Positions 42,401 to 56,140 of a DNA stretch of 64,000 bases are shown here, one piece after another (position 1 is the first letter of the stretch; every line of letters begins with the position of its first letter). The notes below the pieces were generated by a model, which was not told the DNA's origin, did not search any database, and saw only the letters and a list, made by a program, of their open reading frames with translations. The stretch covers positions 42,191,261-42,255,260 of the forward strand of contig NC_068988.1 of assembly GCF_001194135.2 (NCBI RefSeq), written 5' to 3'. This stretch comes from Octopus bimaculoides (lineage: Eukaryota). Made by a program: the position numbers and the translations under genes.

Positions 42401-45356
42401 TATGTCAGCTAGAATTTCTTTAAACTTATGATCAAGATCAACTGCAGGGTTGTTTGTTTCTTGTCTTCTGTCACTGTATAGCTCTGACTCAAAACTCACT
42501 AATCACTAATCTGGTTTAAATAGAGCATTTTTCACAGGAAAAGGTTCCAGTTTTTACAATGGCCTGCCTGTCTTATTTCCTGGTGAAAATTACATCTGAT
42601 TTGTATGTTGAATGATTATTATGTCTAATATTATTTGCTACCATCTGGTCCATGGGTACCTTTAGCAAAGCTCGCTCTGATGTAAGCATTCTGTCTGACA
42701 ATAACTGTTTTTGCCTGTCAGTTTCTGTGACCTTGAAATGGGTCAAGGATGAGACCCTTCCTCCTTTGACTAAACAGTGTTAAAAAAAAAATTGAATTAA
42801 AATCTCAGCAGTTAATTTCTAAGAAGCAGTTTATTATTTACTTGCTTGTTTGTTTATTTCTTTCTTTCTCTCCTCCCACTAGAGGCATGAGTCGTAGTCT
42901 GTGGATTGGTATCTTAATAGCACTTCCATCCGGTGCTGGAGTGTCTCTGTCTGTTCTGGGTGGTAACTCTGGGCCATTGGTTGGAGTTGCCATATCCGCC
43001 TCACTGCTGCCACCTGCTGTCAATGCTGTGAGTAGACTTCAACCTCTTTGGTCTTCTCTCTTTATCTGTCTGTTAGTCTGCCAATTATAATTTGCCTTTT
43101 CTTTCTTCATTTACCATTCCTGGAATGTCTGCTCTTTTAATTAGTTAACCACTAAATTATCTTGTGTAATTGTTATCATAATTAACAACACTATTGCTGT
43201 CGTTATAATCATCATTATCAAAATTATCTTATCCCCCATCATTATTGTGAACAACATCATGATCACAAACATCCTCACTCTCATCATCTTTTCAACATCA
43301 GCAGTAACAATTATCATATTAATTAACCAAGTTATTGTCAACAATATTGTAACATTTATCACATTATCATCACAATTATTCTCATTGTTCTCATTATTTT
43401 TTTTTTCCTTTAGTTTAAAATTTCAAATTAACAAAAGTAAGATAATATTTACTGCTTCTTAATTATGGTTGTTCTGTAGGAACTGACATTACTGCTATTT
43501 TTAATTCCAGGAAGATGCCTCCTCCAGCTGGTCATCTCTTACAAAGATTTTCTAACGAGATAAATTTAAGATATTTTCATTTTAATAAATCATTATTGTA
43601 CACAATTAGAGAAATTAAGAAATATCTTATTTCAAATACATACTTCTATTTTATAATTATTTAAAATATGTTATTTCATAATAACTTAAAATATTAACTG
43701 TTTCATAATAACTGAAAATATAGTAAAATAAACAAATATTAAGTTAATTCAAATACATTTGGGGTATATTTCAACTTACAAAGGCTATTTCACTACAGTT
43801 TACAGTGGAGGAAAAATTTTTGCTTTAGATATCTGAGATACAAACTGTAAGCAAACAATGTGATCAAAAATGGGTAATGGATATATATGCCATATTTCGG
43901 GAGTTTTTGTTCCTTCATTAGCACCCTTCCAACCCATTGATCATCCATGAACATATTACTTAAATACCACAAAACATAGCTGTGTAATGTTATTCGATAT
44001 ACCAATTTTATATATTGAACACATTTCTGGAAGCTGGTACGTAAATATTAATGATGTGTAGGGACATGGTATTTTGTTACGCAACATAATATACTGAACG
44101 AGTTATTTCATAACTTAATTTATATTCCAATATCTTCTGATATTTCAACATATGTTAAATATATAAAAAATATTTCCAAATAATTTAAAGTAAATGTAAA
44201 ATTTTTTTAATATTTTGATTTATATTAGAATGTTTTGATTTATTTTAAAATACTTTATAATTTTTAAATATTTTATAGTACTTTAAAATATATAATATTT
44301 TATATTGTACTATAATATGAAATTTATTAGAATATTTTCCAATAATTTATTACATATTAAAATATTTTAACAAATGAAATTCATTGTTAAACATGAAATT
44401 CAAAATCAACGCTCCAAATATTTTTATAAATTCAAATTCAGATTCCAGGTTTTAATATTTTTTTTTTAATTAAATGTGAATTCAAACTAAACTCTTGTGC
44501 TCATTTTATTGATGTTATTTGGCAGACTCATTAGCTCACCAGACAAAATGCTTTGCAGCATTTTGTTCATCTTTATGTTCTGAGGTGAAATGCCAGTGAG
44601 GTTGTGTTGTTTTTCATCCTTTCGGGGTTGATAAAATAAGTACCAGTGGAACATTGGAGTCAATGTAATCAATTTAACACCTTCTCGAAATTGCTGGCCT
44701 TGTGCTAAAATTTGAAACCATTATTATTATTATTATTATTGTTCAGTAGTTTTATTTTTATAACCTGCTTTCACTTCACTACCGAGCGCAGCTCTGTGTG
44801 CTTTGGGTATGTGCTGTGGTTTGCTGTGGTGCTCTTACGTTTACTGTATTGAAAGTGTTTTGCGTAGAATGTGTGCAGTACCCAGTAGTGCAATTTTCTG
44901 TATGTTATATATATTTGTAAGTCCTGGTGTTTTTGTTATGTATTTGTCTGAATCTTGTTTTTAGCATTGAGCTCTGTTTTTAGTATTGATCTAACTCGTC
45001 NNNNNNNNNNNNNNNNNNNNNNNNNNNNNNNNNNNNNNNNNNNNNNNNNNNNNNNNNNNNNNNNNNNNNNNNNNNNNNNNNNNNNNNNNNNNTCTAGTGT
45101 TATATTGCTACTTTTAACTAATTTTCCTCTTTTCAGAGTTGCTTTGGCACATTTTTCTAATCCGAATTTCATATCTATTTCCTTGGTAAAGCTGTGTACT
45201 GTCTGTAGTAGTGTTTCTAGCTCTTTGTCGTTTTTTACATATAATTTTAGGTCATCCATATATAGAAGGTGGCTGACTGTTTTTCCGTTAGGCTGACTGT
45301 TTTTCTGTGGCTGACTGTTTTTCCGTTGGCTGACTGTTTTTCCGTTAGGCTGACTG

Positions 45357-45407
<51 letters not shown>

Positions 45408-46382
45408 GAGTGAGAGAGCAGTGCCCGCTATCAAAGTGATACTGGGTAAAATATACGAAGCCCAGTGTACCCATCATGACTATCCATACGATAAGGGTAC
45501 ACCAGGCACATGCATCACAACTCTATGTACACAACATGATGACCTCATATCAAGATAAACAGGGACCTTTTGCATGGGATGGGCTACTCAACCTGAAGAA
45601 AATTCTAACTGGGCCCCACCTGCAAGGTCACATGCTGTTCTTTTTTGCAGTCTGCTTGATCTATTTTGCTTGTTTTGTGGCAGTGGTTTCAGGTTCTTTA
45701 ACTATTTCAGGGTTAATGCCAAGTTCCTTTGTGAATTTGCAAGTTTCCTTGACAATAGAATGTGATTTTTTGCGCCTTTTGTGTTTGCACACAAGTCACA
45801 GCATCTCGTCCTCTGTACTAGATAAGTACCTGCTCATTGCTATTGTGGAGGTCTTATAGCACAGTTCTACCTGCATTATTCCTCTTCCCCCATTATTTCT
45901 AGGTAGGTACAGATAATCAGCATCTGCTTTTGTGTGGTGCATGTTCTTAGAAGTTAGTAGTTTTCTTGTCTTCCTGTCCGGGCGTTGGAGTTCTGTAAAA
46001 TTCCAGTTAATGATGTTAAAACTGTATTGGACTACTGGAAGTGCCAGGGTGTTAATGGCTTCAATACAATTTTTAGAGTTGAATTCAGATTTTAGTGTGA
46101 GTCTTATTCTCCTGTAATATTCTTTTCTTATCTTTTCCTTCATAGTAGATGTTGTATACCGTCTCTTTCATTTTTCCCCAAGTATTTGTAATTTTCTTGT
46201 GGGTCAAGTTCCTTGATGGTAGTGTCAGTATCTAATTTAATGGAAACTGTTTGCCTGAGCTTGCCTCTTACAAAAGTTGCTTTAGCACACTTATCAAGGC
46301 CAAAGTCCATCCCGATGTCATGGCTGAATTCTTTAGCAGTCCTACTAGCTCTTCGTCATTATTATGATTATTATCATCATCC

Positions 46383-46426
<44 letters not shown>

Positions 46427-47809
46427 GTCATCATCATCATCATCATCGTCATCATCGTTATAAAGGTAGAATTGTTAGTGCACTGGAGAAAATACTTACC
46501 AGTATGTCATCTATTTTTACATTCTGAGCTCAAATTCTGCCATGGTCAGCCTTTGCCTTCAGTCCTTTTGGAACCATTCAAGCACTGGGGTCAATATAAT
46601 CAACAAGTCCCCTCCCCGAAAATTTCAGGCCTTGAGCATATAGTAGAAAGGATTATTATTCTTGTAGAGTCATTACCATGGCAGACAAAATCCTTAGCTG
46701 CAGTTTTTCCATCTTTATGTTCCAAGTTCAAATTCTGCCATGGTCAACTTTGACTTTCATTCTTTAGGATTGATAAAATAAGTATCAGTCAAATACTCTT
46801 CAAGGTAATCAGCTAGCCCCTTCCCACCAAATTTCTTGCCTTTTGCCTGTAGTAGAAAGTATTATTATTATTATAATGGCAAGCGGGCAGAATTGTTACC
46901 ACACTGGACATGCTCAAGTGGCTATGGTCAAGGAACTGACAAGCAAATCTATGGTAATGAGCAGAAAATTTGCTTTAACGATATTTCTACTTCAGCAACT
47001 CAGTGCTGAATATGTCTGAAATGTAATGGAAAATAAGTCAGTTTCAAAACATTGATGTTCAAGTTACAAGAGCAAAGGGAATAGTAGTCATTTCCTTTGA
47101 TTTCTAGATAGAAGCAAATAGGAAATAACACTTACTGACCAAAGACATAAAAAAGAAATTAAAATTTTGTTACACAGTATAATGCTTGTTTCTCTAATAC
47201 TGCATTATTATCTTACCAGGTGAGGTTCTGAAGATTCTACCGGTTTTTACAATTTCTAATATCACACAAACACCACAAGAAGGTCTATGCTAAGTGGTCA
47301 AGCTGTCATTGTTTAACCTCAGATCAGTTCTGATTCTTCAACAGATCTAGATTCAAAAGTATTCTGACAATGATCATTCTAATGTTTTATTTTTCACACA
47401 TAGTCTATCTTGAGTTATATTATCTAATGTATCTTACCTTTTTTTTTTAAAGACAGTAGTATGTGTTTCATGGAGATTTGTCTGTTATTTTTAGCAAATC
47501 AAGACATTTCATCTGATTGTTGTTGCGTTGCTGTTCTAAGTTTGCTGAAATGTAACAACCACCTAAATCTGTACATTTTTCCAACTCTCTCTTCAGGGAA
47601 TGCTGTGGTCATTTGCTTTACTTTCAGTCATCAGTCCACCAAAGACAGCTCCACATGACAATACCACTGCTGTAAGTACTTTATCCTCTTGACTTTCTCA
47701 AGTTACCCACCTATCATATGATGTCCCACAGCTTACCTAAAAAATAAAAATATAAAAAAGATCTCTCTTCCCCATTTCTCTCTCTCTCTATCTATCTATC
47801 TCTCTATCC

Positions 47810-47871
<62 letters not shown>

Positions 47872-50063
47872 ATAAATTAAAAACGTAAAATTAAAACAGA
47901 ACACAAAGCATTCCGCGGTACATGAATTTCAAGCTTTGTACACAAACAGTCGTTGCCTCATTATATGGGTATATAATTGATAGACAGGATGGTATAAAGC
48001 TATCTTCAGCCGCAAATATATTCTTTCCGAAGCATTATATCACAAAGAAGAAGTCACCAAGAAAAAAGAAAAAGAGAGATAAACATGAGAGAGAAAAGGG
48101 GGAGTCCACTTGGTATTATCCATTGTAATATCCATTGTAATATGTTTATCCTTTAAGTTGATACATTTACATAAAAGTTCATCGGTATTCCAAAATCTGT
48201 CCATATTGTGCCACAATTCAGGGTAGAGTGAATGCAAAATAGACATAACTAGCTTATATGAGCTAGAAGGAGAGGGTCTATATATATACATATATATATA
48301 TATAAGGATATTATTGTTTATAATAATATCAGTGGCTTAGCATGCGTAAAAAACCATAAAGGTAAAATCATCAATTAATAATTAAGGGTACTACTAGGCA
48401 GTACCAGCATGCTAAAATAGCAGTCAAAATGACCAAACCACAAGTTCTCACTTAAACACAAAAATGAAGGCAGGCAAATGAACATTGATATTATTATAAA
48501 CAGTGAATTCTTACATCTTTATATAATTTTTTATTCACTTCGATCACCTTTTTAAATTTGCTGTGGCATTAAAAACAGTCATCGCACACATTGGTTGAGA
48601 TGAACAAGCTCTTCAACCCTGGATCAGTAAGACTCACTGAAGATGAACTAAGAGTACTTCTCAAAGTTTGAAATCACAGTGATATGGGTATGTCTGACTT
48701 TTACAGTTTTCGATTATTTTCAGCATTCGAATGTGGCCTTAAGGTTTTTGTTCATTTGCCCCTCCTTCACCTTTATGTTTCAGTGAGAACTTGTGGTTTG
48801 GTCATTTTGACTGCTATAATAGCATGCTGGCACTGCTTGTTATACACACACACACACACACACGCATTTATGAATTTGTTTTGCAAGCTTCCTGATCTGA
48901 AATCATGTGTTGAAACAGATATTGTTAAGTTTCAGGATGGTCATTCATTTCTTTCCCTTGCCAAATAAACACATGCACTATATATTTGTTCTTCACTCAT
49001 TTATCATTGTTCTTATTTAACTTATGTCCATTGTCTGGAAATCTTTCGACACACATTTGTGACCTCTTCAGTGTCTATTCCATCCATTTTCCTCCATTGA
49101 TCAGCTGACCGAGTTCCCGTAGTATATATATATATATATATATATATCCTTTTTTTCCTTCCACTCTTCCTGAAAGGGTCATGAGGGTAGCATTCTCAGA
49201 TACCTCTTTCCCATAGATCCCTATTAGAAGCAACTGTCATTAGATTTTCTGGCTGGAATCCTAACATCATGTATTCAATTTGATGAAGGAGCCACAAAGC
49301 CACAAGGTTATTGTTAGAGCTGCTAGTACAAGTAGCAAAATCCTCCTGATATCACACCTTACTGTTTAAAAAAAAACTAGCAAATGCAACTCAGATAACA
49401 GCTGTACAGAATACTTCTGTTTATAGATTTGTAGAAACCAGGCTGACAAAGAGCTAAGCAATGTGAATAAAAGATGAGATGATCACACTTGAGATGCCTT
49501 TTTTATCATAGATCCACATGATCAGGGCTGATCTACTTGGAACAAATCAAAAACAAGCAATCAGTATAAAATACATTATTTTTTACTTTTAATTCAGTGT
49601 TTTTTCCTTTATTTGTATTTTGAAGGTTTCAGTTAATGACAACACTCTAGCGTGCTTGCCATTTCAAGACAATGCTTACACACCAATGTACAGCTGTGAC
49701 ATGGCCAAAGAAATGGGAATCATGGGAACCATCAGTCTCCTGCTCACTCTACTTAACATCGTCTGCATATTCCTAGTTGGTGTTGTCATGTTGAAGGTAA
49801 ATGATCTGCTATACTCATTTGGTTTCACATTCTTCTTCCCCCTATGTTATTTGTTTTTCATCTTTTGGCTTTGACTATCTGTTTTGTTCATGTGTGTGAG
49901 AATGTGTGAGTGTGTGTTTATCATTTTTTTTTTCTTTCTGTTTACTGCTGTTATTAGAATAACTACAAAGAATAAGTCTTGGGGTCGATTTGCTCGACTA
50001 AAGGTGGTGCTCCAGCATGGATGCAATCAAATGACTGAAACAAGTAAAAGAATAAAAGAATAT

Positions 50064-50154
<91 letters not shown>

Positions 50155-53100
50155 AAATGATATATGAGCATATGCATGTATACATACATATATGTACATA
50201 CTCACATCTACATGTATATATAGATGCATATCCAGGTACAGGACGTCAAAAAAGGAATGGGAACAATAACAAAGCACAAAAAACAGACTTTTTTTATGGA
50301 CAACAGAGTGAACACATAGGAAAACAGATGACCCACTTATGGAACTTTTCCTTCATCAGCTGCCTCTATTCTAAACTAGGCGTTTCGAAGATAATAAAAA
50401 AAACATATAACAGAAAGAAGCACACTCTATATATGTATGTATATATATATATATATAATTCTATTATATTATGTTTACAGTAGTTTTATGAACAAAGTAA
50501 ACAGTATTCAATACATATCAATCATAGACTAGATATTTATTTCAATATACTTGTTAACATACCTTCTATAGCTTTTCTCTAAGTTTCATGTCAAGAAGAA
50601 GTAAGCAATCCTCAGGTATTCTCTACAAAAAGTAACTCAATTACTGGTGTTAAATCTCTGGCAGTTACTGAGAGGTTCTTCTTTCCCTACAAGTTTTTGT
50701 TTCTTTTGGTGGGGGGAAGTGTTTTTCATTTTTTAACCCTTAGAATATGTTGTAGAGCTGTCTTTTGCCACTTTTGTATCTGTCTTGTGATGACAGACGT
50801 CACCCTGACAAGTATTGTTATATTCCAAAGTCATCAATAGAATGGTTCTATCTGGCACTGTACGATCCCCAGTCGTACAGAATTACTATCCTCAAAAGAT
50901 TGGTTCGATATAACATCCACTCAGTATCACAGTATAATTACTATATCAGCACAGACACAACTATCAACACAATCTACACGTACTCTCAACATTCCTGGCC
51001 TTTTCAACCTTCTTTTCTGTTGACCAGCTAATGGTCTATTTATAATGGCTGGCTACTACCACTTTTTACCAGGAGGGGTGTATAGTTTCATTATACAACA
51101 GAATCCATGAGAACACTTTAGGAGGAGGAGTTTCTGTCATCTATATCCTTGGAAGATGCAAGTGGACGTCCACATGGTTTTGTCTTTATGTCAAGAAGAT
51201 AACGATGTTGTTGCAAATTAGCTAGCTATAAACACAAAATCATATGGCCATCCGCTTTTATTTCTTCTTGGAGCTTAGTCAGTGGAGATTATCCCTGCTA
51301 AAGTATGCTTATTGTTTCAAACTTATTTTAAACTTATTTTATCTATTTATTTAATTTTTTCCCTTCTCTTTGAAGATTAAGGAAGTTGTGCCACTAGCTT
51401 CAACAGATGAAACAGCAGAATTTTGGGAGCATGATATACAAGTAAGTTCTTTTTTACCTGATTACTTCAGAACATTTCACTGATGTGTGGTGGGGATGAT
51501 GAGGGGAACATATATCTATATTAGTAAATACACATATACAAAATATTTGGTGGACTTAATCTGCTACCTATTTTGATAACACAAGTTAATGTTTGTCTGC
51601 TTTTGGCAGAGACCATTCTGTTGAAAGCATTTGATCCAGGAATGCAGTCAGGAAAAATTTGATGATCCTGAAATAGACTTAGGTTCAATCACTAGTCAGT
51701 TGATCCAGCAGGCCAGATTTCACATCAGTGAGTAGGGCCAGTGCTCTGTAAAGCCATCAAGGAGGAGGCCCCAAAAATGGTGCACATTCTCTCCTAATGA
51801 CTCCTGAAAGCTAACGGCATGCTGCATGTTGAGTTTTCGATTGACTGCAGTTACATAAGCAGGCTGTCTCCAAGTCTCTACCTGGATGTTGTTCCTATTG
51901 TCAACCACATTCCTGAGGGAAGAAGGTGCACAACAGAATAGTTATGGTGGTGGTGGTGGGAGTGGCGGTGACAACTGTGATAGCAGCAGCAGCTGTTTCT
52001 GGGATCAGAATATGTTTTGTTTCCTTATTATTAAACAAGTGTCTTTTTCTTTATTACAGGTGGCCAGGGATTCCTATAAGACTGTGAAGGGCCCTGAATC
52101 TTTGTCTTTTATTACAGAATATCAGGTGAGGAGTGCTGCATGTATACAGTTCTGTGTCATATTCCAATTTGTACTGAGTATTTTTTAATGTTACATTGCT
52201 TGTATATGTGCAGGCATGGCGGTGTTAAATCTGGAGTATTATCTCCTAATGTAACATCCATGTCAGTATGAATGTCTTTTGGGGCTAAACCATTTTTCTA
52301 GAGGTACTTGATAACACCATGAGACCAAATTTCATCCATCTTGTGGAGAAGTCACTGCTAGTTATTTTTAAAGTCTACTTTGAACATCAGATGTCAGTAT
52401 GTAAGATTTTACAACTCTAGCATCACTCTTTCATAGTCAGCCTGTGAACTTACCAGCCCACCCTCAATGCCATGCTATCAAAAAATGGATCAAGTTTTCT
52501 ATTTGTTCTTTTACATTTCACTGTTTTCAGTCATTACACTGTGGCTATGTGGGGGAAGCACATTTAAGGGGTTTAGCTGATCATATCGACCCCAATACAT
52601 AATGTATAAGAATGTTTCCTTCATGTTCAATACTATATCAAACTACATATTCTTTGCACACACACACACCTTTCCTCATTTTTTCCCTGTTTTTTTCAGA
52701 ATTTTAATTAATAGCTGAGACATTTGGGGCATTACTTCTATGCTTAACAGCTCAACTTTTTTGGATGCCATTTCTGTCCAAAATAAACCTTGCTGTCTCT
52801 TATAAAACCATTCTCCTATTTATAGTCACCAAATGGGACTGTTTGTCGATGGAATCTACTATATAAATAATAACTACTCTTTTCCCAAACACTAATTATT
52901 TACTTTATAACTATAACAATATTGTTTACATTTTATTGACAGATTGCTTACAGACTGTTTAGCCAGAAATACTTGTCTTGTTAGCAATTTCTGTTTGTGT
53001 TCAGACCCGTTTTTCTCTATTTGCAGAAACTTTTAGAGAAAGAAAGAAACATGGATCTTAATAACTTGAGGCACATGAATCAACTGTCAAGGGTAATTAG

Positions 53101-54093
53101 TCATGCTTATACTTTTCTTTCTTTTTCTTTCATTATTTCTTCATCTGTTTCACACACATTAACATTACCAAACTTACTTCTGAAAGACTGAACTTCCTCT
53201 TCATGGCCAAAAAATATTTCAGCCCTGATCTGTTACCGCCTCAAAACATCAATTCCACCTTCATTACATACAGAAAGAAAAAGAAATCTCTGGGGTGTTA
53301 GTCTTTGTTTCATTTTTATAAACAGCTGACAAACTTTCACTACCCATGGTGATTTCGTATTCATAACACTATTATTAAGAGCTTTATTAAACTTACACTG
53401 ATTTGCCTTGAAGATAAATTCTCAGTTGCTGGTTTGATTAAAAAATTGCTGATGCATTAGAAGTACTTGTTTTTGATGTTATGAAACTTATTGGCTTATT
53501 ATAATAATAAACCTATAGATAATAAACATATAAATTTCAGGAATAAACATATAGATTTCAGTAATCATCATTACTGACATTGTTACATCATTCAAGACTG
53601 AGTTTTTGGATCTACTTCTGGCATTAGCATTTATTAATTGTCCTTCCAATCAAAGCATTACTGTCGTTGTGATGAAATATGCCCAGTAGCAAGATAAAAT
53701 CATGGCAATTGAATTTATGTAGAAATACAGATTTCCAAAGTGGCTGAAGAGATCTCCAAACCTCACAATACCATCCAACATGGTGTGTGTCCATTTCAGA
53801 TGTTTGCTCTGCATCATGTCTTCTAGCCCAATATAACAAAATATTGTCACCAATACTTTTTCATTCATTGGCTTGCTGCCACTCTTAGAGACAAATGAAA
53901 GTAAATATGTTTTAAACACTGAAATATTCTATCATTCTTTGCAATTTTGACTATCAAATATATTTGGTGTTTCATATTACACACATGCACACAAATACAC
54001 ATTTTTTATATATTTTTCAGATATCAATTTTAATTTTATTTTATGGATCTCCATTATTGTATCATATTTTTTTGTACAATTTGCTTTTACAAT

Positions 54094-54144
<51 letters not shown>

Positions 54145-54157
54145 GTCGTCGTCATCA

Positions 54158-54203
<46 letters not shown>

Positions 54204-55789
54204 GTTTTCCATGCTGGTATGGGTTGGACGGTTTGACTGAGAACTGGCAAGCCAGTAGGCTGCACCAGACTCCAATCTGATCTGAAAATGTTTCTACAGC
54301 TGGATGCCCTTCCTAGAGCCAACCACTCCGAGAGTTTAGTGGGTACTTTTTATGTGCCACCAGCACAGGAGCCAGTCAGGTGACACTGGCATTGACAACG
54401 TTTGGATGATACCTTTTGCATGCCACTAGCACAGGAGCGAGTCGGGGGCACTGACATTGACCACATTTAGATGGTGCTTTTTACATGCCACCAGACGCAG
54501 AGCCAGTCAGGTGGCACTGGCATCACCTCACACTTGAATGGTGCTTATTACATGCCACCAGCACTGTCATTGGCCACAACTATGATTTCCATTTTGATTT
54601 TATTTGACTCAATAGGTCTTCTCAAGTGCAGCGTATCGCTCGATGATTCAAGGGTACTTTTAAATGGGCTGGTTATGCGATACTGGTATTGGCCATGGCT
54701 ATGATCTCACTTTACTTGCCAGGTTTTCTCAATCACAGCATATCTCCAAAGGTCTCTCTTTCTTGTCGTTGCTTCTGTGAGGCCCAATGTTCGAAGGTCG
54801 TGCTTTACCACCTCATCCCATGTCTTACTGGGTCTCCCTCTTCCTCAGGTTTCTTCTACTGTTAGGGTGTGACACTTCTTCACTTAGCTGTCCTCATCCA
54901 TACATAACACATGGCCATACCAGCGCAGTCGTCTCTCTTGCACACCACATCTGATGCTTCTTAAATCCAACATTTCTCTCAGGATGCTTACATTCTGTCA
55001 TGTATGCACACTCACATTACACATCCAGCAGATCATACTAGCTTCATTTCTTTCAAGCATATATATTTGTCCTCAACAGTCATGGCCCATTTTTCTCTGC
55101 CATGTAGCATGGCTGTTCACACAAATGCATCATACAGTCCACTTTTCACTCTGAGTAAGAGGTTCTTTGTTACCAGCAGAGGTAGGAGCTTTCTGAACAT
55201 TGCTTGGGCTATTCTTATTCTAATGGCAACACTCTCAGAGCATCCACCCCAACTACAGATTTGGTCACCTAGGTAGCAGAAGCTATCAACTACTTCTAGT
55301 TTCTTCCCCTGGCATGTGGTGGAATCTGTTTTCTGTACATCTTCAGTGTTTATCACCCCTATGCATCTGCCACACACAAAACCTATCTTCCTGGTTATCC
55401 TTCCTTTGATATTGTACCTCTTATGCGTCCATAGTTTACACTGGGTACATCTTATGGAGTTTCTACCAACGTCTTTTCTACAGATCAAGCTGGGCCATCT
55501 ACCTGAAGGGGTTTTTGATTTGTCCACCTTCCTATTTACTAGGACTTTGGTCTATCATACCCTGTCAGCCAATAATATCTTACTCTTATATTCCATAATG
55601 CAATTAGTGCTTGGTATATTATTTGGATACATTTTTATACATTTTAATGGATATGTTTTATGTTCTATTTTTCGCAATCATTCAAAGTTCAGCAAAAAGA
55701 AAGTCCTCGGTAATGATTTGTGAAGATTCAACTTCTAATAAATTATCTCACTCATAATATCAAGTACTCTTTTTTCCATCTTGTTTACA

Positions 55790-55827
<38 letters not shown>

Positions 55828-56104
55828 CACACATGTACATCTGCATATATGTGTGTGTGTGTATGAATGTTTGCATGCTGCATATCTTCACATCATTTGA
55901 GCCAAGTACTGATGTTGTATTTACATCCATTGTAAACAGTATATGTATATCTAAACAATATATATATAAATTTCTCTGTTTCAGATTTATGCTGATGACT
56001 TTTATCATCCAGAATTCAGCCCCAGCCCCAAGGTAAACATTTTATCTATTGCTTAAAGAGCACCCACATGCACGTGCACATACATACACATACACACACA
56101 CATA

Positions 56105-56140
<36 letters not shown>

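Noticed and set aside
50230-50420. GAAA...CTGATGA boxes on the minus strand in a PLE-like remnant
   Set aside because: The boxes are in permuted order and I could not build stems I and III, so it is not called as a ribozyme.
53731-53784. Possible extra exon ISKVAEEISKPHNTIQHG
   Set aside because: No pyrimidine tract and a poor donor; it is not needed for the frame.
54345-54560. Regularly spaced repeats resembling a CRISPR-like array
   Set aside because: These are the tandem 3' UTR units of the RTE LINE, present in varying number in the other copies; eukaryotic context with no cas genes.
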